A stretch of 64,000 nt of DNA from Myxococcales bacterium (GTDB lineage: Bacteria; Myxococcota_A; Polyangia; Polyangiales; Houyiibacteriaceae): assembly GCA_029861865.1 (NCBI GenBank), contig JAOTYL010000001.1, positions 498,536 to 562,535 of the forward strand, written 5' to 3'. Shown piece after piece: positions 7,322 through 16,726 of this stretch; the first letter of the stretch is position 1; every line of letters begins with the position of its first letter. The notes beneath the pieces are model-generated. The model did not search any database. It saw nothing but the letters and a program-made list of their open reading frames with translations, and was not told the origin of the DNA. Both the position numbers and the translations under genes were made by a program.

Positions 7322-8998
7322 TCAACTTCGCGGGGCCGCTCCCTCATTTTCGGCGAGCTCGACACTGAGCTCTCGCTCGCGCAAAACCGCACCGGCCATC
7401 GAGTCGATGATCTCCTTTGCCCGCGCCTCTGGCACGTCGACCAACGAGTGCGTGTTGCGCACCCGTATGCGGCCGATTTCTCTACGTTTCAGGCCGGTGC
7501 GTTCTTGCAGCAAGCGCCCCAACTCCGAGGCCTTCAAGTCGTCGCTCTTGCCCACGTTGACATACAGCGTCGCCGTCGGCGGTGCCTTGGCCTCGGTGAC
7601 CCCCTCATCTGAGTCCTTCGGGGGCTTGGGCGGTGTCGTCGCTCGTCGGCCGCGTCGCCGCTGTTTGGCCGCGACTTCGTCGATCTCTTCACTGCCCGAA
7701 CCGAAAAACGCACCGAGAAGCCCCGCAAGCATTCGCTCTGCGTCTGGATGTGTGATGAGACGACGCGCCAGGGCAAGCGATCGTTCGTCGGGCGGATTTG
7801 GATAGGCGAGGTCGATCATCGCAATTCGATCGGCTTCCCGTCGCGTCTTCGCCTCGCCCGCGCTCGGTAGCGTCCGCTCGACCGGTAGGATTCCGTACTG
7901 GAGCCGCAGATAGTAGAGAATCCCTAGCTCGTTGGGGCCGACCAGTGAGATTGCGGTGCCCGTGCGTCCGGCACGCCCCGTGCGGCCGGTGCGGTGAACG
8001 TACTGCTCCACGTTCTCGGGCAAGTGGAAGTTGATCACGTGGGTAAGATGAGATACGTCGATTCCGCGTGCCGCCACGTCGGTGGCGACCAAGAATCGGA
8101 CCTCGTTTCGCCGGGTTTGCGCGAGCACCTTCTCCCTCTCTCGCTGCGGGCGGTCGCCGTTCAACCATTCGGCATTGAACCCAGCCCGCTTCAACGCTGC
8201 GGAGACCTCCTCCGTCTCCGCCTTGGTGTTACAGAAGATCAATGCGCTTTCCGGGTTTTCGATCTCCAAAATCGAGATCAGGTTCCCGACACGTCCCATC
8301 CCGCTGAGCATGTAAACGAAATGCTCGATCCCCAACGCTCCAACGTGATCGCCAGACAGCCCGAGGAAAATCGGGTCGCGCATGTGCCTTTCGGCCACAC
8401 GCTTGATCGCGCGGTCGACCGTCGCCGAAAAAAGTAGGGTTTGGCGATTGCTCGGAAGCCTTTCGATGATCGCGTTGAGCTCCTTGGCGAACCCCATCGA
8501 CAGCATTTCGTCTGCCTCGTCGAGCACCAACACGCGAAGGCGGGAAGCCGTGATGGTGCCGCGCTTGAGGTGATCCAGCACGCGGCCAGGGGTCCCGCTG
8601 ATGACCCGCGCGCCCTTCTTGAGTGCGCTCACTTGGCGTTCCATCGAAGCGCCCCCGTAAACGGCGACGGTGTCGATGCTGCGGTGCGCCCCGAGCTTCT
8701 CAATCTCGCGTGCGCTTTGGAGCGCCAACTCACGTGTTGGAGCAAGAACGAGCGCCTGCTCATCCCCGTCGATCGACATGAGTTTGTCGACGAGCGGGAT
8801 CCCAAACGCGCCGGTCTTTCCCGTTCCGGTGCGAGCCTGGACGATGACGTCGTTTCCGTCGACGATCATTGAGTAGGAATCACGTTGAACCGGAGTAGGC
8901 GTTTCCCAGCCGAGGTCGCCCAAAGCTTTGAGCACGTCGTCATGCAAGCCAAGGTCTTCGAAGGTCTGGGGGTCGTCCGCGGCGGGCGCCTCGTTCAT
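7322..8998 (-). CDS. DEAD-box ATP-dependent RNA helicase with DbpA-like C-terminal RNA-binding domain
   Basis: Q motif TPTPVQ, AQTGTGKT-like ARTGTGKTGAF, DEADEM, SAT, HRTGRTGRAG. I chose start ATG 8998 (MNEAPAADD...FEDLGL), which overlaps the upstream stop (ATGA). Confidence 0.9.
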   Translation of the reverse strand: MNEAPAADDPQTFEDLGLHDDVLKALGDLGWETPTPVQRDSYSMIVDGNDVIVQARTGTGKTGAFGIPLVDKLMSIDGDEQALVLAPTRELALQSAREIEKLGAHRSIDTVAVYGGASMERQVSALKKGARVISGTPGRVLDHLKRGTITASRLRVLVLDEADEMLSMGFAKELNAIIERLPSNRQTLLFSATVDRAIKRVAERHMRDPIFLGLSGDHVGALGIEHFVYMLSGMGRVGNLISILEIENPESALIFCNTKAETEEVSAALKRAGFNAEWLNGDRPQREREKVLAQTRRNEVRFLVATDVAARGIDVSHLTHVINFHLPENVEQYVHRTGRTGRAGRTGTAISLVGPNELGILYYLRLQYGILPVERTLPSAGEAKTRREADRIAMIDLAYPNPPDERSLALARRLITHPDAERMLAGLLGAFFGSGSEEIDEVAAKQRRRGRRATTPPKPPKDSDEGVTEAKAPPTATLYVNVGKSDDLKASELGRLLQERTGLKRREIGRIRVRNTHSLVDVPEARAKEIIDSMAGAVLRERELSVELAENEGAAPRS

Positions 8999-9438
8999 GG
9001 AGCGGGTTCCGTTTCGTTGGTGGGTGTCGAGCCCAGGATCTCCGCCACTTGGTTCGCAAGCGGAGCGTCCTCGCGCATGTATCGTTGAAGGTTGAGCTCG
9101 ACTCGATGGCGGTACTTGTTGAGGAGGTGCACTTTGTCTTCGTCGCATCGATTGCGGAGCGCGTTTAGGCGGAGGTCCCAGGCTTCGAGCTTCTCCCGAA
9201 GTGCGGCCGCATCGACGACATTACTCGAAAGGTAGTCGAGGCGCACTTGGTCGACCTCTTCGTGGAGGATTCGGAGACCGTCGGCGCAATTCGCGTCGAA
9301 GCTGTCGTCGGTTTCAGGCCAGAACACCTGCGGAATGACGGACGCGAAGCCTACGACGACCAGATAGGAGAACGCGATCGCGTAGATGCCTATCACAAAC
9401 CTGCGGCCGAAACGGCCCCGCTCTTCTCTTGGCGGCAA
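8995..9438 (-). CDS. Hypothetical N-terminally anchored membrane protein
   Basis: 147-aa ORF with TM helix FVIGIYAIAFSYLVVVGFASVI. High-GC third positions. Translationally coupled to the helicase. Confidence 0.5.
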   Translation of the reverse strand: MPPREERGRFGRRFVIGIYAIAFSYLVVVGFASVIPQVFWPETDDSFDANCADGLRILHEEVDQVRLDYLSSNVVDAAALREKLEAWDLRLNALRNRCDEDKVHLLNKYRHRVELNLQRYMREDAPLANQVAEILGSTPTNETEPAP

Positions 9439-9504
9439 AGAATCTCCTCATGAACTCGAGCTCGCGTAAAAGCGGTCTGTTTGTACAGACCCCCAAGAGA
9501 TCGG

Positions 9505-9645
9505 TCAAGACGGCGGGTCTTGGCCCCGCTCTCGCTTCTCCCGTCGCTTCCCCCAGTAGAACAGCCCGGCCCCCACGCCCACGGTGAGGGCCACGACCGC
9601 TCCGCACATGACGTACCAGAGCAGATAGGTGAGGCCGCTGCCCAT
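9505..9645 (-). CDS. Possible 46-aa single-TM micro-protein
   Basis: My own translation: MGSGLTYLLWYVMCGAVVALTVGVGAGLFYWGKRREKRERGQDPPS. It begins 5 nt after the response-regulator stop and is GC3-rich. Below the ORF-track size cutoff. Confidence 0.3.
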   Translation of the reverse strand: MGSGLTYLLWYVMCGAVVALTVGVGAGLFYWGKRREKRERGQDPPS

Positions 9646-9649
9646 TTGC

Positions 9650-10357
9650 TCAACAGACGAGCTTGTAGCCCACCCCGTACACCGTGAGGATATGAACCGG
9701 ACGGTCGGGCTTGGGCTCGATCTTTCGGCGCAGCTTAACGATGAAGTTATCGACCGTGCGATTGTTTGGGCCGGCTTCGAGTCCCCAGATCTTCTCGAGG
9801 ATTTCGTCGCGAGACACTGGCTCGCCCTCTCGCTCCCACAAGAACTTCAGGAGCTCGACCTCGTAGAACGACAAGTGCATGGTATTCATGCCGCTCGTCA
9901 GCGTCTGCGATCCCGTTTCGACGTTGACGTCGCCGATCCGTATCTCGCTCTGGGAGGGTCGAATCGGGCGCCCGGATCGCCGGAAGAGCGCACGGATTCG
10001 AGCGACCAGCTCTCCAATCGAGAAAGGCTTCGTCACGTAGTCGTCCGCCCCGGCCTCGAGACCGCGGATCTTGTCCGACTCCTGGCTTCGGGCGGTCAGC
10101 ATGAGGATCGGAACGAGAGGATCGTTGCGGCGGATCGTTTGGCACACCAGGTAGCCGTTCATGTCCGGCAGCATGAGGTCCAAAATGACACAGTCGATGT
10201 CTTCCGAGGCCGCCAGCTCGACGGCCTTTTCGCCCTTGGCCGTATGCACGACTCGGTATCCCTCGAACCGCAGTGAATCCGAGAGGCCTAGCGCGAGTGC
10301 GGGGTCATCCTCGACGAGCAGAATGCCGCGTCCATCCTCCGACATCAGGAGCACCAT
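9650..10357 (-). CDS. OmpR-family response regulator
   Basis: Receiver domain (ILLVEDD...DLMLPDMNG...LTA...KPF) plus winged-helix output (LSFYEVELLKFL...RTVDNFIVKLRRKIE...YGVGYKL). Start moved to MVLLMSEDG, downstream of the kinase stop. Confidence 0.9.
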   Translation of the reverse strand: MVLLMSEDGRGILLVEDDPALALGLSDSLRFEGYRVVHTAKGEKAVELAASEDIDCVILDLMLPDMNGYLVCQTIRRNDPLVPILMLTARSQESDKIRGLEAGADDYVTKPFSIGELVARIRALFRRSGRPIRPSQSEIRIGDVNVETGSQTLTSGMNTMHLSFYEVELLKFLWEREGEPVSRDEILEKIWGLEAGPNNRTVDNFIVKLRRKIEPKPDRPVHILTVYGVGYKLVC

Positions 10358-10385
10358 AACACCATCCGCGAGTCGAGGCCGCCAG

Positions 10386-11939
10386 CTAGGCAGCGGCTCT
10401 CTCGGGCCCGGCGATCGGCACCGAAAAACCGACCACGGCGCCGCCTCCTTGGGCATTGCGGGCCCAGGCACGCCCACCATGAGCCTGCGCGATGTGCTGG
10501 ACGAGCGATAGGCCTATACCCGAGCCTCGCGTAGGAACTTCGTGTGTTCCTCGATAGAACCTCTCGAAGACGTGCCTTATCGCGTGCTTGGGGATGCCCG
10601 GGCCATGGTCCCGCACGGCCACGTCCACGGTCGAGCGGCGGGGGGTCAGCTCGAGGTCGACTGGAGTCTGGCCGCCGTATTTGACGGCGTTGTCGAGCAG
10701 GTTGATGATCGCCAGCGCAATGGCCTCCTGGTCGATCAGCACCGGCGGGAGCCGGCCCGGGGTCAGCAGCCGGACCTCCACCCCATCCTGCTCGCCGCGG
10801 TAGCGGAAGGCATCGAGAGCACGCTTAACCGCCTCGCCCAGATCGCCGCGTTTGAGTCGATACGGGCCTCTGCCGCCCTCGAGCGCCGAGAAGTCGAGAA
10901 CGTTGTCGATCAGCGACGTGAGCCTTTCGGATTCGCGGCAAATGATGTCCAAGTACTCGAGCCTTCGCTGGTCACTGGGCACGCGATCGGACCTCAACAT
11001 GTCGGCGAACATTCTCACGACCGAAAGCGGGGTTTTCAGCTCGTGTGACACGTTGGCCATCAGCTCGCTCTTCAACTGGTTGAGGCGGCGCTCCTTTTCG
11101 GCTGCATAGATGAAGAAAATCGCGCTTAGCAAAATGATTGCAAACGACATGACGGGAAGCGCAACCTCTCCGCGCAGGCGCGAACGACCTTGCGCCTGGA
11201 GCAAGGCAGCTTGGCGAGGAGCGACCTGTAGGCGCCAACGATAGAGCGTCGTCGGGAAGCGGTGATCGACGGTGAACACGCCGGCTTCGGTCAGGTCCGG
11301 ACCAAAGACGCGTTGATTGCTTTCGTTCACGATGTTGTAGAGCGGCGCGCTGATATCGGAAACAAACATCTTCGGAAACACTTCGTTCACGAGGTATTCC
11401 GTGTCGTGGTAAGCGACCACGTACGTCACCTGACCGTCCTCGGTCGCGTATGCCTTGTATGAGATCAGGTAGCTGACGTCCTCGACGCTTTCGTGGAGGT
11501 GGCGAAGCTCGTCGCTCTCGAGATCTCCAAGGTCCATCGATCCGACCAAGTACTGCCTGAAGACCCGCAGAAAACCGCGCCTCTTCTTGCGATCCTGGGT
11601 GCTAGCCCATTGCAGTACATCCCCATCGAGGTTCACCATCAAAACCGCTTTCACGCTTGGTGTTCGTGCCTCGGCCGGAGGAAGCCAGCGTGCATCGATC
11701 GTACTCGAGTCATTCGGGTCGACGAGCGAGAGGACGATGCTGTCTGCAAAGATGACGTAGTTCTCGATTCGTTCGACCCGTTGCTGTGCTACCGATAAGA
11801 GCGATTGGACGATTGCGCTCTCTCCAAGCTGCGCGTATTCCCGCGCCGAGGAAAACGTGTAGTACCCGAGGATCGCCGCCGCGATTAGAATCGCGGGCAC
11901 CAGGAAAACGTATACGGCGCGAAAACGACTCCCTTCCAT
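10386..11939 (-). CDS. Sensor histidine kinase with two TM helices and a periplasmic domain
   Basis: H box MANVSHELKTPLS; N box LLDNAVKY; G boxes DHGPGI and GSGIGLS. Confidence 0.9.
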   Translation of the reverse strand: MEGSRFRAVYVFLVPAILIAAAILGYYTFSSAREYAQLGESAIVQSLLSVAQQRVERIENYVIFADSIVLSLVDPNDSSTIDARWLPPAEARTPSVKAVLMVNLDGDVLQWASTQDRKKRRGFLRVFRQYLVGSMDLGDLESDELRHLHESVEDVSYLISYKAYATEDGQVTYVVAYHDTEYLVNEVFPKMFVSDISAPLYNIVNESNQRVFGPDLTEAGVFTVDHRFPTTLYRWRLQVAPRQAALLQAQGRSRLRGEVALPVMSFAIILLSAIFFIYAAEKERRLNQLKSELMANVSHELKTPLSVVRMFADMLRSDRVPSDQRRLEYLDIICRESERLTSLIDNVLDFSALEGGRGPYRLKRGDLGEAVKRALDAFRYRGEQDGVEVRLLTPGRLPPVLIDQEAIALAIINLLDNAVKYGGQTPVDLELTPRRSTVDVAVRDHGPGIPKHAIRHVFERFYRGTHEVPTRGSGIGLSLVQHIAQAHGGRAWARNAQGGGAVVGFSVPIAGPERAAA

Positions 11940-12949
11940 TACTCACGCTCGGCTCGGAGCGGTCGCGTCATCAGATCCCCCACCGCTTCCAAGGCTGGTT
12001 TGTCCTCGTACAGCATCGCGTACACCTCGTCTGCGATCGGCATTTCGACTCCGACCTTTTCGGACAAAGCCTTGGCGCTCTTGGTGGTACGGACACCCTC
12101 TGCCACCATCTGCATGCTTCCGAGTATCTCTTCGAGAGATTTGCCCCGACCGATCTGCAGCCCGACGTTGCGGTTGCGGGATAGGTCACCGGTGCATGTC
12201 AGCACGAGATCTCCCATGCCTGCGAGCCCAGCAAGCGTCAGCGGGTTCGCGCCCTTGGCCAGCGCAAGGCGTGAGATCTCCGCGAGGCCGCGTGTAATCA
12301 AACCCGCGCGGGTGTTGTGACCGAAGCCAAGCCCGTCCGCGATCCCGGCGGCGATGGCGACCACGTTCTTCAGTGCGCCACCGAGCTCGACGCCTACGAC
12401 GTCCTCAGTGCTGTAGACACGAAACCGCTCGGTCGTTATTGCTTCTTGTGCGGTTGCTACCATGTCTTGGTTGCGCCCCGCCACGCAGACCGCGGTGGGG
12501 ATCCCCTCCGCGACCTCCTTCGCGAAGCTTGGTCCCCCGAGATACGTGAGCTGGGGATGCAGGGACTCGGACAAGAGGTCTTCAAACATCTCGGAAACGA
12601 GCATCAGGGTTTCGTTCTCGATGCCTTTGATCGCGCTGACGATCGGCACGCCGCTTCCTAAGAACGGAGCCGCATCGGTCAGAACGTGCCTCAATCCATG
12701 TGTCGGGATGACCCATACCACGAGATCGCTTCCGTCGAGCGCGTACTCGAGGTCAGCGGTTGCTTCGAGGGTATCAGGCAGCGTGAAGCCCGGCAGATAG
12801 GCTTGATTCTCGCGGTCTGTTTCGATTGCCTCCGCCATCGCCGGGCGTCGCGCCCAGAGGCGGGTGGTGTATCCCTTGTCTGCCAGCAACTTCGCAAGCG
12901 CAGTGCCCCACGAGCCCGCACCAAGAACCGTCGTTTTCAGCACGCCCAT
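11939..12949 (-). CDS. gpsA: NAD(P)H-dependent glycerol-3-phosphate dehydrogenase
   Basis: GAGSWGTALA Rossmann motif and LKNVVAIAAGI. Length of 336 aa is typical of GpsA. Confidence 0.9.
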   Translation of the reverse strand: MGVLKTTVLGAGSWGTALAKLLADKGYTTRLWARRPAMAEAIETDRENQAYLPGFTLPDTLEATADLEYALDGSDLVVWVIPTHGLRHVLTDAAPFLGSGVPIVSAIKGIENETLMLVSEMFEDLLSESLHPQLTYLGGPSFAKEVAEGIPTAVCVAGRNQDMVATAQEAITTERFRVYSTEDVVGVELGGALKNVVAIAAGIADGLGFGHNTRAGLITRGLAEISRLALAKGANPLTLAGLAGMGDLVLTCTGDLSRNRNVGLQIGRGKSLEEILGSMQMVAEGVRTTKSAKALSEKVGVEMPIADEVYAMLYEDKPALEAVGDLMTRPLRAERE

Positions 12950-13018
12950 GCCCGGAGCCTAACACGGAGGCGCTCACGTGGGGGGCGGCGGGGTGTGCCG
13001 CTGCGGGCGAGCGTCTTG

Positions 13019-15460
13019 TTACGGGCTCGGCTGGACGCTTCCGCTTTCGCCCTTTTCAGGACGCGGGTCGGCGAGGTCTAGCTTTAGCGCATCCGGATCA
13101 AGGAGTGCGTTGGCGAGAACGGCGTCCATCTTGGAGACCGGCACGAACTCGAGCGTCTCGCGAACCTCCTCCGGGACCTCCTCGAGGTCGGCGGTGTTTC
13201 TCTCCGGAAGAATGACCCGCTTGATGCCCGCGCGGTGTGCGGCAAGGACCTTCTCCTTGACCCCACCCACGGGAAGCACGCGGCCGCGCAAGGTGATCTC
13301 GCCCGTCATGGCGACATCGTGCCGCACGTGGATCCCCGTTAGCAGAGACACGATCGCGGTCATCATGGTCACGCCGGCGCTCGGCCCGTCTTTCGGCATT
13401 GCACCTGCGGGAATGTGGATGTGGATGTCGCTCGTCTCGAGGAAGTCCTCCGCAATGCCAAACGCCTTTGCACGCGTACGCACGTAGCTCATGGCCGTCT
13501 GTGCTGACTCTTTCATGACGTCGCCCAGCTGGCCGGTCAGCTGAAGCTTGCCTGTGCCGTGCATCTTCGTGCATTCGATGAAGAGGATCTCCCCGCCGAC
13601 GGCGGTCCAAGCGAGCCCTGTCGCCACCCCTGTTTCGGTGGTGCGTTCGGCGACTTCCGAGGTGAACCTCGCCGGCCCTAGGTAGGGCCGGAGCGATTCT
13701 TCGTCCGAAACCGTCCAGGGGCCCTCTTCGCCTTCGGCCACCTTCACTGCGACGCCGCGAATGACACTCGCGATTTGGCGTTCGAGGTTACGGACCCCGG
13801 CTTCACGGGTGTAGTGGTCAATGATCGACTCGATCGCTGGATCTTCGAGGGTGACGGTCGCCGCTTCGATGCCGTGCTCCCGCAGCTGCTTGGGCACGAG
13901 ATGCACGCGCGCGATATCGAGCTTTTCTCGCCGGGTGTAGCCGGGAATTTCGATGATCTCCATCCTGTCCTTGAGAGGAGCTGGAATGGTGTCGCCGACA
14001 TTGGCAGTGGCGATGAACATGACCTTCGATAGATCGTATGGAATCTCGAGGTAGTGATCGCTAAACGTGTCGTTCTGCTCGGGGTCTAGGACCTCGAGTA
14101 GGGCCGCAGCGGGATCACCGCGGAAGTCGTGTCCGATCTTGTCGATTTCGTCGAGCATGAACACGGGGTTGATCCGGGTGGCCTTCTTCATCCCTTGAAT
14201 GATCTGGCCAGGAAGGGCGCCGACATAGGTCCGACGGTGACCGCGGATCGCGGCCTCGTCGTGCACACCGCCCAGGCTGATACGGTGAAACTTCCGCCCG
14301 AGGGCACGCGCGACCGAGCGGCCAAGAGAGGTCTTACCGACACCGGGCGGCCCGATGAGGCACAGGATCGGCCCTTTCTTGTCGGTCTTGAGCTTCCGGA
14401 CGGCAAGGTATTCGACGATTCGCTTCTTGACCTTCTGAAGGCCCGAGTGGTCTTCATCGAGGACCTTGCGAACCGCCGCGATGTCCATGTTGTCGGTGGT
14501 CTGCTTCGTCCACGGAATATCGAGAATCCAGTCGATATAGGTGCGGACCACGGTGTACTCGGCTGACCCGACCTGCATCTGCCGAAGGCGCTTGAGTTGC
14601 TTTCGCGAGACTTTGTCAGCCTCGCTCGGCATGTCCGCCTTGGTGATGCGCTCTTCGAGGACGTCGAGATCGCCTTGGTCGCCTTCCTCTTCACCGAGCT
14701 CTTCTTTGATCGCCTTCAGCTGCTGGCGGAGCACGTACTCCCGCTGGTTCTTGCCCATCTCCTCTTTGATCTGAGAGTTGATGCGCTCGCGCATTTTGAG
14801 GATCTCGAGCTGGCGGGTGAGGAGCCGTAGAACTTTGCGAATTCGTTCTTTCGGGTCGAGCGTTTCGAGGAGCTGCGATTTTTCGTCGACCGGAGCGTCG
14901 AGATTGGCTGCCACGAGATCGGCGAGCTGGCCTCGCTCTTGGATCGAGTCGATCAGAGACCCCGCCTCTCGCGGGAGCTCTGGCATGAGCTGGATCACCT
15001 GTTTGGCGATGTCCCGAAGGCTCATTGCCAGCGCTTCACTCTCGACATCCTCAGCCGGGACCTCCGGGAGGCGCGTCACCCGTGCCTTGATGTAGGGCTC
15101 CTTGGTGACCACCTGTTCGAGGCGAATCCGGACGAGACCTTGCAGAATCAGGCTGTAGTTGCCCGAGCTGTGCTTGAGCGCCTTGAGAACACGGGCAGCC
15201 ACGCCCACCGGGTAAAGATCGTCTTGACCGGGGTCATCGGTGGAGGGGTCCCGCTGCGCGACGATCGCGATGATGGGCTGATCGAGGTTTTCGATGTCCT
15301 CGACCAGCGCCACGGACTTCTCGCGGCCGACGTCAAAAGGCGCCACGGCCGCCGGAAAAAGAACCGCGTTGCGGATCGGCAAAACGGGGAGCTCGTCACC
15401 GAACTCGATTTCTCCAGTATCGGGAGGCGGCATCGATGTGATGGTTTCGTCGTCGCTCAT
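13019..15460 (-). CDS. lon: ATP-dependent Lon protease
   Basis: 813 aa. LON N-domain, AAA+ Walker [10 protein letters not shown], and the protease motif [11 protein letters not shown] containing the catalytic Ser. Confidence 0.95.
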   Translation of the reverse strand: MSDDETITSMPPPDTGEIEFGDELPVLPIRNAVLFPAAVAPFDVGREKSVALVEDIENLDQPIIAIVAQRDPSTDDPGQDDLYPVGVAARVLKALKHSSGNYSLILQGLVRIRLEQVVTKEPYIKARVTRLPEVPAEDVESEALAMSLRDIAKQVIQLMPELPREAGSLIDSIQERGQLADLVAANLDAPVDEKSQLLETLDPKERIRKVLRLLTRQLEILKMRERINSQIKEEMGKNQREYVLRQQLKAIKEELGEEEGDQGDLDVLEERITKADMPSEADKVSRKQLKRLRQMQVGSAEYTVVRTYIDWILDIPWTKQTTDNMDIAAVRKVLDEDHSGLQKVKKRIVEYLAVRKLKTDKKGPILCLIGPPGVGKTSLGRSVARALGRKFHRISLGGVHDEAAIRGHRRTYVGALPGQIIQGMKKATRINPVFMLDEIDKIGHDFRGDPAAALLEVLDPEQNDTFSDHYLEIPYDLSKVMFIATANVGDTIPAPLKDRMEIIEIPGYTRREKLDIARVHLVPKQLREHGIEAATVTLEDPAIESIIDHYTREAGVRNLERQIASVIRGVAVKVAEGEEGPWTVSDEESLRPYLGPARFTSEVAERTTETGVATGLAWTAVGGEILFIECTKMHGTGKLQLTGQLGDVMKESAQTAMSYVRTRAKAFGIAEDFLETSDIHIHIPAGAMPKDGPSAGVTMMTAIVSLLTGIHVRHDVAMTGEITLRGRVLPVGGVKEKVLAAHRAGIKRVILPERNTADLEEVPEEVRETLEFVPVSKMDAVLANALLDPDALKLDLADPRPEKGESGSVQPSP

Positions 15461-15700
15461 GCGATTGTTCTACTCCAACTCGGCGAGAACCCAAGTTTTT
15501 CCAAGTACTGTGGCGAACATAGCCACGGGCCATTTCCCTGGCAAGGGTTCCTCCAGTAGGGACATGTGGCCAAGCCCGGCAGGTGTCCAGCCCGGCCGTT
15601 GATCCGCTCTACGCGCGAAATAGGCTCACTTCCCATGCATCTTGGGCGATCGCGGGCCCCACGTGGGCGACCCCGACCTCGTGTGCCGGAGATCCGCGTA

Positions 15701-16654
15701 CTAAAGGCAGACGCGATTGCGACCCGTGCGCTTGGCCTCGAAGAGCTTTTCGTCGGCAGCTTTGAAAACATCCTCGGCTTCTTCGTAGTGTGCTTGCCAT
15801 TCGGCGACGCCCACGCTGACCGTGACCTCGACGCGTGTCCCCTCGAACTCGAATCGAGTGTCCCGAACGAGTCGGTTGATCTTCCCTGCGAGCTCGCCGG
15901 CGCCTTCGAGATTGACCTCTGGAGTGATCAGCGCAAACTCCTCGCCACCGATCCGTGCGATCACGTCGTTTAGACGCAGGCGTCCGAGGGTCACCGCGCC
16001 GAGCTGCCTGAGAATGGCATCGCCCGCCAAGTGGCCGAATTTGTCATTGATGCGCTTGAAGTGGTCGATGTCGAACATCAGGAGCGAGAATGTGCGCTTG
16101 TAGCGCTTAGCTCGCGCAACTTCTTTGTCGAGCATTTCGTCGAAGTACCGCTTGTTGTGCAGCTGGGTGAGGCCATCGGTTGTCATCAACCGATAAATCT
16201 CTTCGTGGTACTGCACCTCGATGTCGTCCCCGACGATGAACTTCATGATGGTGCGACCCACTTTCAGCTGGTCGCCGTGTCGAAGCCGGCCCTCGTCTTC
16301 GACGATGTCATCGTTCACGTAGGTGCCGTTGGTCGACTCGAGGTCCCGAACGCGGAACTCGCCGTCGTGGAACCGGATCTGGCAATGTTTGCGAGAGATG
16401 CTCTCCTGGTCGATCGGAATTTCGCAATTCGGGGAGCGCCCGATGATCAAGGGTTCAGTGCTGACCTGGACGCGACGCCCGATATCTTGGCCGTAGATGA
16501 CGATCAACAATCCGCTGTCGCTCGTCTTCTTTGAAGCGCGAGCAGCAGTTGCCTCGGTCAGGACCGTCTGGCTCGGGTTGGTCGTCTGATCCTTGAACTG
16601 CACTCCTCCACTATACCGCGGCGCGGCAGCGGGCGTTAAATCCAGGGCCTTCAT
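15701..16654 (-). CDS. FHA-domain diguanylate cyclase (FHA-GGDEF)
   Basis: FHA: LIIGRSPNCEIPIDQESISRKHCQI...STNGTYVN. GGDEF: active site GGEEF with an RLND I-site at canonical spacing. Start moved to ATG 16654 (MKALDL...) so the gene does not run across the divergent gene. Confidence 0.85.
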   Translation of the reverse strand: MKALDLTPAAAPRYSGGVQFKDQTTNPSQTVLTEATAARASKKTSDSGLLIVIYGQDIGRRVQVSTEPLIIGRSPNCEIPIDQESISRKHCQIRFHDGEFRVRDLESTNGTYVNDDIVEDEGRLRHGDQLKVGRTIMKFIVGDDIEVQYHEEIYRLMTTDGLTQLHNKRYFDEMLDKEVARAKRYKRTFSLLMFDIDHFKRINDKFGHLAGDAILRQLGAVTLGRLRLNDVIARIGGEEFALITPEVNLEGAGELAGKINRLVRDTRFEFEGTRVEVTVSVGVAEWQAHYEEAEDVFKAADEKLFEAKRTGRNRVCL

Positions 16655-16726
16655 TTCAGTGAGAACGGACTCCCGGAGGAGTTGGGTTTGTTGACCCCGG
16701 GTGGGGGGGTCTCTTAGCGTAAGTGC

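Noticed and set aside
7322-9148. Long N-terminal extensions offered by the ORF track for the helicase (9148), response regulator (10480), GGDEF protein (16828), hisH (26869), trpD (41890), purM (54241) and metG (63995).
   Set aside because: The extensions overlap upstream genes or read as Arg/Pro-rich junk. Internal starts give canonical N-termini, often with ATGA/GTGA coupling to the upstream stop.
15540-15555. Sigma54-like element TGGAGGAACCCTTGCC (GG-N10-GC spacing) about 80 nt upstream of lon, with direct repeats GCCGGGCT(G/T)GG at 15567-15597.
   Set aside because: Only the GG/GC spacing and TTGC match. Such matches are frequent by chance in GC-rich DNA, and the -24 element lacks the GCAC core. 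I did not report it as a feature, but it is worth testing if TSS data exist.
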